Assembly: GCA_030141605.1 (NCBI GenBank)
Contig: JAQGDQ010000064.1
Coordinates: 548,116 to 612,115 of the forward strand
Direction: 5' to 3'
Length of the DNA: 64,000 bases
Source of the DNA: Tubiluchus corallicola
Taxonomy: Eukaryota; Animalia; Priapulida
Below are positions 13,201 through 27,000 of the stretch, one piece after another (positions within the stretch are counted from its first letter, which is position 1; each line of letters begins with the position of its first letter). The notes under the pieces were generated by a model, which did not search any database, was not told the DNA's origin, and worked only from the letters and a program-made list of their open reading frames with translations. The translations under genes and the position numbers were made by a program.

Positions 13201-13900
13201 TGTCATAATTATGGATGCTTAAACAGGACATACATGTGTGTCTGTAGTACTCAGCTTGCATAGATAACTTCAGTCTCCATTTACAATGCCCATAACGGGT
13301 AGTACTCAGGTTGCATAGAGAATTTATAACGTCCCCATTTACAATGCCAACCTCGTTTAATGCCCAAATTTTTAGCAAAATAAAATGTTTATATTTGCGT
13401 AAATTGTATGTATTAATGCATGTTGTTATAATGGCATACTCTCTTAACGCCAACTGTTTTACAGTCCCAAAGTAGGTGGTATTAGAAGTTTGACTATATA
13501 CAGGTATGGATATATGCAGTCACACACTTAAGCCAATGAATGTCACATGTTTAACAAGTGGTTTTGTTGATCTCAGATTGTCTCCCACTCCAACCATGTC
13601 TTTGGACGTGAATGACTCAGAGTTTATATTTAGAGTTTGGATTTACGGCAAAGACAATTAAAAAAGAATAATAATAAATTTACTAAACTGAATGTAGAAG
13701 TAGATTACCATAGCTTACTCACCTTTTCATTTATTATTTTATTAGATATGATTAAATTTGTTTTATGGTGAATTCAAATGAATTTACTTTTGATACAGGA
13801 ATTTGAGCTTTGTAACAGTCAGGATATGCCTGAAGACTTTCAGGGAACAAGTGTAAAACGAGCCAAAGCAAGCAACGTTAACAAGTTTCTATTGGTGTAG
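1286..13900 (+). CDS. HORMAD1: Meiotic HORMA-domain protein (HORMAD/Hop1-like) with PHD + winged-helix region; 5' end lies outside the window
   Basis: Phase-consistent GT-AG exons: 1286-1386, 1626-1738, 2377-2528, 3336-3450, 5194-5347, 7625-7784, 8093-8172, 8973-9089, 9745-9807, 10885-11045, 11188-11280, 11504-11552, 12608-12667, 13799-13900 (TAG). HORMA motifs GVFDALEKKY-ARMMILGIY, ESYTFKFSY, TQNLGPLP, MKLLYYDEVTPPDYEPPGF. PHD NCACGCNEDDGLMIWCSECSTWQHGLC...HVCNSC. wHTH-like LATRLGVDESDVVGLISRLQQEGF. Terminal KRAKASNVNKFLLV resembles a closure motif. HORMAD1 versus HORMAD2 is not resolvable. Confidence 0.9.
2861..3026. repeat. ~83-bp tandem duplication (2 diverged copies) in a HORMAD intron
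   Basis: TGCAYGTTTCTTTCRAGTTTAGCAA...TTTTATAAGCAGTTTATCTCAGATTTTAAATGTA occurs twice in tandem. Confidence 0.8.
3171..3276 (+). repeat. Degenerate TTAGGG telomere-like tract
   Basis: TAGGGTTTGGGTTAGGTTAGAGTTTGGG...ATTAGGGTTAGGGTTAGGG; three perfect TTAGGG units in a row near 3242-3259. Confidence 0.75.
4122..4175 (-). mobile_element. 5S rRNA-derived SINE-like remnant
   Basis: GGCAGTCACCCATCCGTGTAC...TGTTTAACTTTGGT resembles the reverse complement of the 5S internal promoter region (GGCGGTCTCCCATCCAAGTACTAACC...TGCTTAGCTTC). Too short and diverged to be a 5S gene. A related remnant lies at ~34687-34730. Confidence 0.5.
5700..5990 (-). mobile_element. Degenerate non-LTR retrotransposon (LINE ORF2 endonuclease-RT linker) fragment
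   Basis: ORF 5724-5960 (WENL...EDAYNDFKSTL...KKEWMNDGVIQIAKKKNLAYRIF) matches the typical LINE linker pattern W..l...d.ay..F...K.PW....I...I.KKN..Y. Confidence 0.6.
9175..9670. repeat. Long degenerate inverted repeat (foldback/MITE-like) in a HORMAD intron
   Basis: GATTATCTTCAGGAGAAAAAG...AAATTGCTA (~9256-9306) is the approximate reverse complement of TAGCAATTT...TTTACCTGAAAATAATC (~9540-9588). Central hairpin AATCGCAAAG-CGC-CTTTGCGGATT at ~9404-9428. Confidence 0.6.
11954..12023. repeat. Compound microsatellite (TG)n/(GCGT)n/(GCAT)n
   Basis: TGTGTGTGTGTGTGTGCGTGCGTGCGGGCGCGTGCGTGCGTG...ATGCATGCATGCATG. Confidence 0.85.
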
Positions 13901-15460
13901 ATGTGTAACTCAGAGTATCTGCTACAGACTGTATGGCAGCAGTATGATTAAATTTTCTTCAAGACTGAATGATTATAATTAAGTAGTTATGTGGCCATTA
14001 ATCATTTAGAATAGTAATTAATACACGTCAGTTGTTAAATTTAATAACATTTTATAATTCTTGTTTTAATAATTATTGTTGTTTTAATTGTTTTTTAATG
14101 TTTTACTTGCGAAGTAAGTATCGTTTGTATCATTTATCATAACAATTATATTTTTATGTTTTTTCTACAAATAATAACTTACGACTTCAAATAACTTGTG
14201 GCTAAACAACAAGATGAGTAGACAGTGAAACGTGCAGTTACAAAAATATTTAATGTATAAAATTATGTTTTACTATGAAGCAATTTTTTATTGAAGTCTG
14301 CACATTATATATATAACAAGTATGGGAATATATAGAACACAAATTCTGTTTTCTAAAATATAGGATCAAATATAAGGCCAAAATTGGTGTGGGTACCAAA
14401 TTTAATTGTTAGCGTACTATTTATAAACCAATATGTATTTTTTCTCTTTTTTTTAACATTTTGCATTTATTTAAATGTTACATTAATTACACTTGTTTAC
14501 ATGAAAAGTTATGTATTTTGAAATTGTCTATAATAATTTATTAATTTATTATTACAATTGCTTAATAAATGACCAATTGCAATTGTTACATTTGTTAATC
14601 TAATTTATTATTGTTACAACTGTGGTGTACATATGTGCACACAAACTCATAATATATTTATGCAAAATTATTTTATTACCCAACATTGTTCAATATTTTG
14701 GAAATGTAAGTAAACAGTATTATACATTTTCAAGTATTTACAAGTTATAAACAAGAATTAATAAAAAATATTAAATAGAAAAGTTGACTGTTTTTATGCT
14801 ACATTTTTGTGTTATTTCTATTATTTACACATTGAAGTATACAATACCATATCAGATACTATTTTTTGTAATACTTAAATGATTATGAACTAATAAAACA
14901 TGTTATATGCCATCCATTGAAAGGGAAGTGTTGTAGGCTGTGCATGCTGGGCAAGAGTTGCTGCCTTTTGACCTTTGACTTCAGAAGCATAACAACTGCT
15001 AAGCTGCATTACTACAGTTATTACTGGATTACTACTATTACTGTTCAATAGGTGTACTATTGATAGTCTTTCTTCCTCATTTCATTAATTGTTGCAATAT
15101 TCTGACATTTGAACCATGCACGAATTTGCAGTTTATATATGTGTAAAGAATGTGATCTCATTAATTGACCTTTGACCTTTAAGCGTCATAAACGCATGCT
15201 CAAGCTTATAGCAGAGCAAGGATGTGAAATTACATATTTCTGCTAAATTTTGTGAAACATAAATGTTTTGTCATTTGTTTTCGAGATGATGGATGGACAA
15301 ACAGGTTGAATAGCAAACGGCTGCATAACTGCAAAGAAATATCCTACTTATGCATGATCTCTGTTCCTGATCCTAGTAACTATAACACTCTACAATACTG
15401 GGTGTTTCAAAAGTCATTCATTACAAAAAATATGCTAAAATAGTGATCGAACTTGGCTTC

Positions 15461-15694
15461 AGAAGTTTACTGCAGCAATTGTTCATAATTTTACATCTAC
15501 ATACCATTCTCTTTTAAGTCTCTTCTAATATATATTATAGAAGTTTACTGCAGCAATTGTTCATAATTTTACATCTACATACCAGTCTCTTTTGAGTCTC
15601 TTCTAATATATATTATAGAAGTTTACTGCAGCAATTGTTAATAATTTTACATCTACATACCATGCTCTTTTGAGTCTCTTCTAATATATATTAT
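15461..15694. repeat. 78-bp tandem repeat, 3 near-identical copies
   Basis: Unit AGAAGTTTACTGCAGCAATTGTTCATAATTTTACATCTACATACC...GTCTCTTCTAATATATTAT starts at 15461, 15539 and 15617. Confidence 0.9.
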
Positions 15695-16429
15695 AATTTA
15701 TTCATATGTATTTATGCATAAAAATATGGTGAGTTTGTATGCAAATATTATTTTGTATAGCCATGCAGTGAGATCTTGTGAGGTAACAGAAGGAAAAGGT
15801 GAAAAACTCTCAAAATTCTCAAATACTGATTCAGAGAGTTGCAAAAAAATAAAAATCATAATTATTAGTGACGGACTTCCGGAACCCGGGCCAATGTGGA
15901 ACACCCTGTACTATTACATTTTCGCATCCATTATTTGTGCAATACTCTTGCACTAATATCAAAGCTCATTTCTTCTCGTGCTCATCAGATGTAATTACAG
16001 GAATAAGTACAAGGATAATATATTATGCCCAACGTGCAAACGAGAAAGTGACACAACTGAGCATTTATTTGAATGTGAGGATAAGTGAGGAATATCCGAT
16101 GAGATTAAAGTGTCTGTAGATGATATATGCAGCAACGATATAAACAAACTCCAAAGTGTATGATGTTTCAATATGTATGATGAAGCGCAAACAAATTGGA
16201 CGAAACATGAAAGTACGATCGCAAAGTACAGTGAAATTTGATCTTGCAAACTAAAAGAGTTTGCTCATCTATTAATGAAGTTTATCCAGTGGAATCACAG
16301 AGCTCATTTCTTCTCGTGTTGTGGGCCTTTGGAATTCACTTAATAGTGAAACAATTGACGCATAAAGTCTGCCGCAATTTCGCAAGTCGTTGAGGAGAAA
16401 CCGTTAATAACCATGCTATAGGCATTGTG

Positions 16430-16598
16430 TATACTTTGCTATAGGTAGGTCTCTTAGACTTCGCGAGGAAAGACGTTCCGAGCCTCAGCGAAGCTGCCGC
16501 ACAATCCGGGTCCTTCAACGATAACATGGCGTCTTTCGCGTAAAATGTGTTTTCAAAAATTAAGACGATTTTGCTGCAAATAAGAATATTTAATGTTG
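16430..16598 (+). promoter_or_regulatory. Probable promoter / non-coding first exon of the PHRF1-like gene
   Basis: Locally CpG-rich; YY1-like AACATGGCG at 16523-16531; consensus donor GTAAGT at 16599; matching acceptor TTTTTAG at 18007. Confidence 0.55.
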
Positions 16599-18029
16599 GT
16601 AAGTGTTTACACTGTCTATAGTCTTATTTATAGTTGGACGCGAAATAATGTACTGAGGTAATTGCTTTGTACAGTGACCACACTCAGTGTAGGTGGTTAC
16701 TCATTACCACATTAGTGTATGTCGACTGATACTGATAGGGGTTAAACGTAAATGATCCTGCAATTCTTTAATATAGTAGAGTACGCTTAATAAATCCACG
16801 GATTATAAACTAACCCGCTTATTGCAGCCACTATGGTGAGAACTGAACTGTGTAATGCTTTAGTGCTGCAAATCCTGCCGTTTATTAAATCTAAACTTTG
16901 CCTTATCTTGTACGGCATGTATGCAAGAAAATTGTGACGTAGGACCACTTGATTGTCCCGCGTTTTAGCATGAGCTAGATCAGCCACTGTCAAAAACGTT
17001 AGCCCAAACGTTTTAAAATAATGGATAAACAAGAAAAGCCTTTTGTAAAACCATGCTAATTGTAATTAATGCAATATCGTATGTTCTTGTAAGATCTGTG
17101 GAATGACTTGCCAACAGTAAACACTTGGCTAACTTTAGCAACATGACTTATAATTAAAATGGGTTTGATATCATCAATACTGACAATGTTTGCACTCAGT
17201 TACCTCTTTAGCGTTATGATAGCAGTTCTTTTGGCAGTTAGCACCTTTCCAATTACGGGGTAGTTTGCTGTCAGCGAGAGATTTCCGAATTAAAAAGAAA
17301 TAGAAAGAGCCATTGTTGCAGAATCCTGAAGATTTTTTAGCATCTAGGTACTGCAGATACTCTTCAACACTTGCTGCTGAAACATCTATATCTGTGACTT
17401 TGTATAGGTATTGGTAATTGCCAGTTTTAGGAATATTTATAACATCTGCCTCAGCATACGTCCTTTGAAAATGTTGAGCTAGACCTACGATTTCTCACTC
17501 ACCATTTAGGCATTGCCCGTACTTAGTTACAAGAGAATTAAAGCCAGATTTACACTTGAAAAATCGACTTGTATGGTTGTAAAACAGGGTTTGCATGATG
17601 ATCTCTAAAAAGGTATCCCTCATTGGTAGTTTGAGCAGTATCAAGGATTCGTTGAAAGTTCTTATCACACAAACTCCATTCCAATTTGAAAACAGTTTCA
17701 TCTTACTTTATAACAATTTTAACGTAGTTTATATTTTATGACAAACTCACACTGTTAATACTTAGTAAGAAAACTAATAAAACTGTCATTATATTTGCTA
17801 AGTTGCACCAGTTTATTAATTTGCCTAGGTAATAAAAATCCTCCACTATGCTCTAGTCAAATGTACTTCTGTAGACTTATTCGAAACTGAGTGTTATTGG
17901 ATAAAACAAAACAGCATATTTGCTTTTTTGACAATTTGACAATAATGACAATTTGCTTTAATGCTTTACTCTATTTAGCACATCATGGGTGACTTTTCCT
18001 TTTTTAGCTGTCTCATTTAAGGAGCATTT

Positions 18030-21000
18030 ATGATGGTACCCTTTTCACGAAGGAAAAACAAACAGCAGTTGCGAGACTATAATGACGGTAGGTTTGACAG
18101 TAAAATTAGGCCTGTTTCAATTGCAGTTATTCTTATAGGTTCAACATGTGCTACTCGCAATTTCTATTACGTTTTAAGACTGCATAAGGAATTTCACAAC
18201 CAAACAATTCCCTTGCACGTCCCCCACACACTAGCTAAATGACTTGAATCAATTGGTAATGCACATTATGAACCTGATAGGCAGCTCTGATAATAAGTAC
18301 ACTTGTGTGACACGAGGGCTGTCAAATTTATATATATCATATATTCAGGACTAGAATTCTGAATGAAATATCATTTAAGGCAATCACTTGCAAATGTTGT
18401 GTAATTGAATTTCACTCTGTTATTTGTATTTATTTTTGTGTGGATTAAAATATTGTAATTTTTGTCGGTTTTCAGGTGACAAATGTAATGCAAGTGCCGA
18501 CAGCTCATGTAGTACAGATGACAAAACTACTATAAAACCATCATTGAAATCACTAAATGTCCGGCTTAGACGACTACCCAGTGATGACAGCAGTGGCAGT
18601 GATTTGACCCGAAGAAGAAAAAGAAAAATGGCTAGGATTTTGTTTACAGACAGTGGTTCTGATAGAGAGTACGATGGTGATCTAGAAGGTTGTACAACAA
18701 ATGTGAGTAGCCTAATGGTGCTGAATGTAGCTTTAGTTGATTTTGAGAACAGTTGCAGTTTTTGGTCATGAACCTGTACTTCAGCTTTACCAGCGTGACA
18801 AAACCATAATATCAACGTCCTAAAGCTTGCAGCAACTATACATTATATCCTTGCTTTAATTTGTTAAAAACTGCATCCTATTTCCCCTTAAGCAGAGTTT
18901 CTGGACCTGCACTAAGTTAAAAAAGAATTCTCTTGGTCTGTTATTAGCTGTGTTGTTATTATGTCCTAGGAAGCCAAGGATGTTGATTTGTGTCCAGTTT
19001 GTTTGAATGCGTTCAGTGGACAAGATACTGGAATCCCAAATGGCTGCTACCATCGATTCTGTCTCGAGTGCATCGAGGAATGGGCAAAGGTCGGTATGAC
19101 ATAGTAATGTACAATGCAAGTGGTTAGCTATGCTGCTATTGAGTGTCATGCACATAGTTGTCATAATTATTTTGCATCATAAAAAAATAAGAATTGAATG
19201 ATCTTAGCCTAACTACATATTTAAAAGAATGTTAGTAGATCATAGATCTGTAGTTCTTATTGAATTTTTATATGTATTATGCAGAAATTTAATAAAATAA
19301 AACTAGTGACTATATGTGACTAAATTCATGTTGAAAGATTAGTTTCTTGACTAATTTCAATATATGGTGTTACTGAAGAGCAGATGCATCCTAGTTTTGG
19401 CCCACATTAATTAGAAACTGTCAGTGATTCATATATGAAATTCCTTTTTGTTACAGAATGTCAGTACGTGCCCAGTTGACAGGAAAGAATTTTCTGCTAT
19501 TGTTGGCTTTGATGGGGTAACAGGAAAGCAGTGCAAAAAGGTAAAAACTGTTTTCTTAACAGTAAATCTTCAGTTTACCTTTTCACTGGTAAATCTAATG
19601 TTCTTTACTTTTTAGTCTAAGCAGTTTATCTTTTTGTGTAATTATGTAATTTGTTTTCATCAAGTATTTTTATCTTTGAGGCAGAAGCTTTTATACTGGC
19701 ATTCCATCCTATTCATCAGTTTCTTGAACAGTTATTAACTATAAGGAAAGTTCTGTTATTACATGCTTTTAAAGTGCCCTTTGCTGACCATTGTAGAGTG
19801 ATAGAGTTCTTGTTTTGATGAAATATGTTCAAGATCAACTCTTTCTCCAATTGTTGATTGATAAATTTACTTAGCATTTATCATCAACAACTTCATATAG
19901 TTTTTTTTATAAAGCTTGCTAACGTTAACTCGAGTGTATCTTGATGTGTATCGTACTGTGATATATATTGTATCGTGTCCTAGACATATCATTACAGCTG
20001 TACTCGGCACATTATTGTCCACACAGCCTAATGAAACACCATACAGGTTTCATAGTTTCCATATAGCTACAGTTTAATGAATGATTTGATTGCCTCTTTA
20101 CTTGACATACTGTAAGATTATGTTATTTTTGCCCATTTATGATGCATATTTTGGTGTAACTTGTATAAATTCAATGAAAAAAATTCTGATACAATAGCAT
20201 TGTTAAATGCTCTAGAGGTGCGAATAATGTCAGGCCAAAACTAATATTGCTAATTTTTACATGTACAAAGCATTTTGACACCAAATCATATTTTGCCTTC
20301 AGTGCTATCTTAAGCTAACAAATTATTGTTCATCAAGTATGTAGGAAGATAGAATATTTACCAAATTTTGAAATCTTTATAGCATTTTTTTGACATCTTG
20401 AGAGCATTTCACAGTTTGTAAATGTGAACTTTCTATCTTGTGATAAACAGGTTCAAGTTAAAAACAAAAATGAAGAGCTGTACTGTGCAGATTGGAATTT
20501 GGATGAACTGGCTGATCCGATTGTGTGTGAAACTTGTGGAGCTCCTGATCGTGAAGACAGTTTACTCCTTTGTGATGCTTGTAATTTAGGGTATGATCAA
20601 CTAAAGCACGTGTTTATGAACTCCTGTGGTTTTTTTACACAAATTGCTTATAGCTTACAGGCTTTAAATATTATCACTGTTAATCTGTTATGATTGTTGA
20701 GTGTAGTTTGTAATCTATGTTGAGCTTAACTTATAAATTAATTTCTTCTGCTATTCTTACGGCACTGCAATGCATTATCGACTCTGTAATTTTAATATTT
20801 TGTATATTGCAATATTGTGCTAAATGGATCAAAAAATAAATCTAAAATCCAATTGTTTTGACAGCTATGTAAAGTACTTGTCACTTGTTGTTATTCATAG
20901 GTATCACATTGAATGCCTGCAACCAGCGCTGACTTCTGTACCCCTTGGTGCTTGGTTTTGCCCTGCTTGTACGATGCTTGGTGTTTCAGTTCATTTGCCA

Positions 21001-24000
21001 GTAACGGAAGGTAGTGGTAAGTCAGTTTAGCTGTTACAAACATAAATTTGCAACAACAGTTGAGAGTCGATTCATTTTATTAAAATTTCTTTTTTGCAAT
21101 TTTATAATTCTGGTGACTTTCATGGATTTATTTTTCCTTTCAGTGACTTTTCTTTCTGATAACTAACCTTGCTGGGGAAATTTATAACTTCATGTCAGCA
21201 AACTAAACAAATAAAAATTACATTTAGAAATTATGAAGAAAGTTGATATTCTAGCAAAGTTATTAACTGTACATAAACAAATTAAAGTTCAGTTATAACT
21301 GTACATAAACAAATTAAAATTGGGTTTGGAAATTATGAAGAAAATTGATTTGAAATTCACCAGGGTAATAATACGCAAGCAACCAAAGCTGTTTCAACTC
21401 CTATTGCTGAAAAAGTCATTCCCTGTCACACACGCATTGTAGTACCCCAATAGTAGTGTTAGGTCAGCGGACAAATACAAATTTTCTACGTGTATTCCTG
21501 CCCTGTGTAACAAAATTCCATTAGCATTGTATGGTTGTAGCTTTATGGTCTTTAAAGCTAAATAAAAGATACACCTTTTTAATGAATATTTCACTTAAAC
21601 ATTCTATTTATAACAAATTTTATAACAAGTTTTTAACTTGTATTTTATTGTGCTTTTACTTATGTACATATTTTGCCAGTGTCTTAACATGTATTTCATT
21701 GTGATTTTACGCAAATAATGCCGGTTTAATTTTTTCCGTTACATTTTTATATTTTATATAATTTTACTTGTCAACAGTAAACTGAGTAGCACTGAAAAAA
21801 TCATTAATGATGATGATGATGATGATTGTCATTTCTCATTGTAGGTAATTCTGCTGCTGCACTTCATCGGTATTCATCTGATGACAACAGTGCAGAAACA
21901 ATTATTTATGACTGGCAGTACATGCCCCAGGCACTCGGAAAAATGCCTGATAGCCACGTTCGTAGGAGGCGATGTGCCAGACGAAGACGTCGTTGCTTAC
22001 GACAGTTTAACCAGGTTACAGTTTATACCTTTATTAGCAAAAACAGCACAATAGTTGTAAGTTGTTAATTTCTACCACTACGCAGCTATTTATACTTGCA
22101 TGGTTTCTGTTTGCTGTCCTAGTCTGTTTCTATTTCTATATTTCATTGTCACTCAATTTTTTTCTTTTGGTTTGAAAAACAACGTGTGCTCCTGCTTTGC
22201 TTAATAGTATCTTTTTGTGTCATTTTAGAAATTTGACCAATTATTTTTTACAGACAAGAGGACATAACGAAAGACAACAGGTTAAAAGGAACATTTCCAG
22301 AACCATGTGCAACAATTACGATCTGTTTGCTTCGTCTTCAGACTGGTATTATGTTTAATCACTTTGTGGGATTTTCTGTGTGTTAGTAAGAAGTAATGCT
22401 TAATTTCTTTTGATCATTATATTTTCACTTTGTATTCATGCGTAATGTTGTGTAAGTTTTGCGTAAGTTTTTCGTTAAAACGATTCATTTGTAAACTGTT
22501 AAAGGGAAATGGAAGCACTCTATAAAGTTAGCTTAAATCAATTCCTGTGTAACATAAACTTGTTTATTTTTTCTGTAAAAGCAGCCAACTCTGCGCCATC
22601 ATGGTTTTCGACTAGCATGACATCACTAGGTTTAGACATAGGCAGCGACCATTTGCATTACAAAATAAATGGGCATTACTGTGTTTAAAGAGGGGTTATA
22701 AATGTTTTCCCTCTTATCCTCCAATTGACCAAGAGATTTTTGTATTATGATAAAGACTAAGCAGGGCAATAAGATACCCCATGAAAGTTTTGTTTAATGT
22801 ATGTTACTAACTGGATAGAATGACCAATTGGCCATCTAGGTGCTCCTGGTAGGTCCATTGCACTATACTATTTATGTGTTGTTTATCAAGTCTTGTAACA
22901 ATTCTTCTAATAGGTTAATGATTTTTCAGTGTTTAATATAAGGGCACCAAGCTTAAAATGAGGTGTTCCACCTTTGCACTATATTGTTTATGTGTGGTTT
23001 ATCAAGTCTTGTAACAATTCTTCTAATAGGTTAATGATTTTTCAATGTTTAATTTTCAGCACTCACTTTAAATATGATATTTCCTCGGCAGAATGTTAGA
23101 AAAATCACTTTGCAGGGTTGCGACGATATAATTGCAATTGCATCAATATAAAAAGTAAGAAGGTTGGGTCTGACCAAGGTATGGGTCTGACCAAGGTAGT
23201 GCTGTAGCCTACCACAGTGGAGTCTCAGGCAGAACCCCGGCAGTCGATGCTCTTTTCGCATTCAAACATTTTAAATGCTTATTTTAGTACTAAATCTAGC
23301 AGTAGAAATACTTTTCAAGCAGCACTTTTTAACTCTAAATGAGTGCTCCCTACATTTTTAGACACTTAGGAAAATCTTTCTCGCATTTTTTTCGAATGTG
23401 CAAGCTCCAGGAAAAGAAAGATTGCTTTAAACCATTAAGTCAAAGACAATTTTTTTTCACGTTGTCTAGAACTGTAAATGGACAGTTCTTTTTTTAGCAA
23501 AGGGAGAGGATATTCTTTCTCACTGTGGTTGCATTTTGTACCATACTTATGTTGAAGTGACATTTGGTGGAAAATCAATAGAAATATTTCATAATCTGAG
23601 GAAAGGTAGGTTAGTTCCCCTACCAAATTGGTATGGTTGGAATATCTGTATGTGGAGTTTTTACCCGTACAAAATTTGCAGCTGATCAGTGCCTTAATAC
23701 CCTAAGACGAAAACTGTTAAAAGGTCTGAAGAGTCATTGATTTTTGTAGGCAATATATACAATGTACAATGTAGACCTTTCAAAATTTAATGCCATTTAC
23801 TGGGCTGTTTTATGGCTTAATTCAAATTGTAATTATGATGGGTAGCCTTACAAAAGCAGATTCATTTCTACTTTGAATAGCAATGTACGCAGTATTATAT
23901 TTGTTGAACTTTAAATTACGGTAGCCATGAATCATTTATTCAAACAAGCAAACTCAAATTTTACAAAAATGATATTTTATCTTATTTAACGGATTTTCTT

Positions 24001-27000
24001 TTGTTAGTTATATTCAGTTGTGTGAGTATTCATGCTACTAAACAACATTGTTAAGGCATGACAGTGTCAATGCCATACTTGACCAGTATCTGCAAAAAGT
24101 ACGGGTTTTGATGGGTTGCTCACGTGATTAACACTTGGCCCTGCAATATGTGCAGTGCAGATACAAAGATAAGATGTTTGCTTGCTGATAACTTGCATAA
24201 ACTTTTTAAGGCATTCCTGGCGACTCACATTAATGACATCAGCAGCACTAATCGAAATTCGAAACACTCATTTTTAACTGTTAAAAGTCTGTTTCACGCT
24301 TAAAAATATCGATGTCATTCCCCTCATTCCCTGCTTACAACTTAACGAAGCCGTAAGTTCAGTGAAAAGTATGTGATTTTCACTTTCACTGTATGAATAT
24401 TAATTTAAACCTTATTTTGTAAAGTGCTTCCAATCCCCTTTAAACTTCCATGCGTTTTGAAAATGATGAATTGTATTGAAGTGATTTTTTTATTTTACAG
24501 CTGTGCTGAAGAGATATACCACTCTGTCGAGGCTAAGGATTATAACAGGGACAGTGACTACACTCCAAGCCAGTCTACTGTCACTGCTACTAGTCTTTCA
24601 GAAAGCGAAAATGAATCAGTTTTTGGGACTGGTTATAAAACCCGTCAGAAGTCTAAACTTGAGCTTCAGAAGCAGTGTACATTGCTAAAGTCTTGTAGAG
24701 TTGTTCTTAAAGAAACTGATGACAAGAGTATGCGCAACTGTCAGTTTTTTCAAGATTTTTCTGAAAAAGTCAATGGAGGTTTTAAAAGGTCACACAACTG
24801 TTCTCTTTCAGAACCTACTGAAACAAGACGGTCTTTTGATGATACCAGTTACAATAGACGACCTTTAGTGCAGAGACATAAATTTAATGCAAATCTTGTT
24901 ACTTCTCCATGCAAATATTTATCTGCAAGTCAGATGATGTCAATTAGTGACAGTAATAATAAATTCTTAAAGCCTTGCAAGGTTGTTGTTAACGGAAACA
25001 TTGACTATCGAAACTCCTTTGTACAACGTGTTGACTCAGAGAAGCCGGGAAAATTATTCAAAATGTGTGATAAAAATGAAATTCATTTCTCATATGCAGC
25101 AAAAAGAAGATCAAGAAGATTACGATACTTAATGACTGATAATTTTCCAGCCATTTTTGAGCCTAATTTGAGAAACAGTACTAGAAGACTCTTAAGCGAG
25201 CAAATGCAACGGACAAACTCTCGTGTATTGAGCAACAGTAAGGAAGTTTCATTAAAAGGAAAGCGAAGACGTTTGCAATTGTCACAGAATGCCATCCTGC
25301 AGAAAAACCACAGACAAGCTCATTCATTTACGAACAAACTTAAGCTAGCTACCTATTGTGGAGTGAGTAGTTTTGATTACCCAGTAAAGTTCCCAAAAGT
25401 TTTATTGAATGACATCATGAAAACTGCAAGATCACATGATATAAAAAACTGGTTTACGAAAGACTGGCGGCATTCTGAGTTCAAAATAACACCATGTTCT
25501 GTACAGCAAGTGTATATGTTTGGAATGCAGGGTGAATCTAGTGGTGACAGCTGTGATGAAGGACCTCCTTTATTTCCGACAAATGACCACTGCAGCAGTG
25601 ATTCAGAAGTGAATCCACTACAAGATCTTGATGTTGAAAATAGTGACGGAGAGGCTGAGAAAATAGAAGAACCTGAAAAGGGTAGCGAAGAATCACCAGT
25701 CGAAAGTCCGCACGTGGATCGTCCATGCTTAGATTCCGATGATAGCAATAACAGCAAAATTGAAGATAATCACAGTGAAATTGATGCTAGATCTATCCAC
25801 ATTGCTTGTGATTCCGAAGAGATGCAACTCAAACAAGGGAATTCTAATGTTTCTAGTCATTGTAATCATTCTGATAGTGAAGAAAATTCATTGCATCAGT
25901 CAAGTGTTGTTTCTAGTCATAAATTTAGTGGGGCGTCAAGTCCAGAAAATGCCAATGTGAACTCACCTTTACTATCTAGTAAAAATTCAAGTCCTCGTAC
26001 CAATAGAAATGATTCTGCTTTGTCAAACAGAGTGCTAAGCCCTGAACTAACAGATGGAAGTTTGCATGAACAAGCAAGTAAACACTCTAGCCTTGAACCA
26101 AGTGAAACAAATGTTACGTTGCAAAATTCTAATAGTTCTTGTAGTGCTGTTGATAATAAAGTACTAGCTGAATGCTATTCAAATTCTGCAGCTGACAGCC
26201 CAGATGATTCACCTTTAGTGGTTTCTTCTTCTTCATCTAAGCATTGTGTAGTGCCTTCAAGTACTCGATCCATAAAACCTGGTTGTGATATCATTAGTCC
26301 AACACGATGCCATACCAATTTAGGTGAAGAACAGCCTCAGCTTGAGAATAGTGACAGTGACACCATAGTTGAGGATGCTGATATTGAAAAAAGTGCAAGC
26401 GACATTGAAGATCATGCAAGTGAAGCTGAAGATGACGAACAAGGTACGTGCAAAAGCAAACAGAATTGTACTCAAGTAAAGGAAGAAGACGCTTGTATCA
26501 GGACTAATTTAGCTGCAGTTAAACGTGAACAAGCTGATGTTCAGGATCATAGTCTTGCGGACAGTGATGTGAAATTGTCAGCAGACAATGATGAATTTTT
26601 TACACGTAGCCCCAACAGTGCAAACTGTTTACATAGAGTAGAAGATTTACATGCTAGTAAATCTGCTGATAGAATTACTATTGAAGAAAATGAAAGCGAC
26701 TTAATGTTAACCAACAACTCAAACAAGGTAGGAGAATTATGTATTTCCAACAAACCTAGTGATAATGCAGGTGAAGTTTCAAAAAAGCATGCACGGAATA
26801 ATGAAAAAGCAAAAAAGGAAAAATCAACAAAAAAACAAGAACAACATTTGCTGTGTACACCAGCAAATATTAATTCTTTAAAACATTCTTCGGGTGGTGT
26901 TGATGGTGATAATGTTGCGCCTTTCGAGAGTGATGAAGAAGCTGTAAAAGTTGACGTGGGACCACAGCCAAAAATAAGCATATCAGATTTGCCTCGAATT

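Noticed and set aside
12869-13453. 95-aa and 122-aa ORFs in the last HORMAD intron
   Set aside because: No recognisable domain, AT-rich intron-like composition, no supporting splice pattern.
15461-15694. CRISPR-like repeat array
   Set aside because: Units are contiguous with no unique spacers, no cas genes are present, and the context is eukaryotic.
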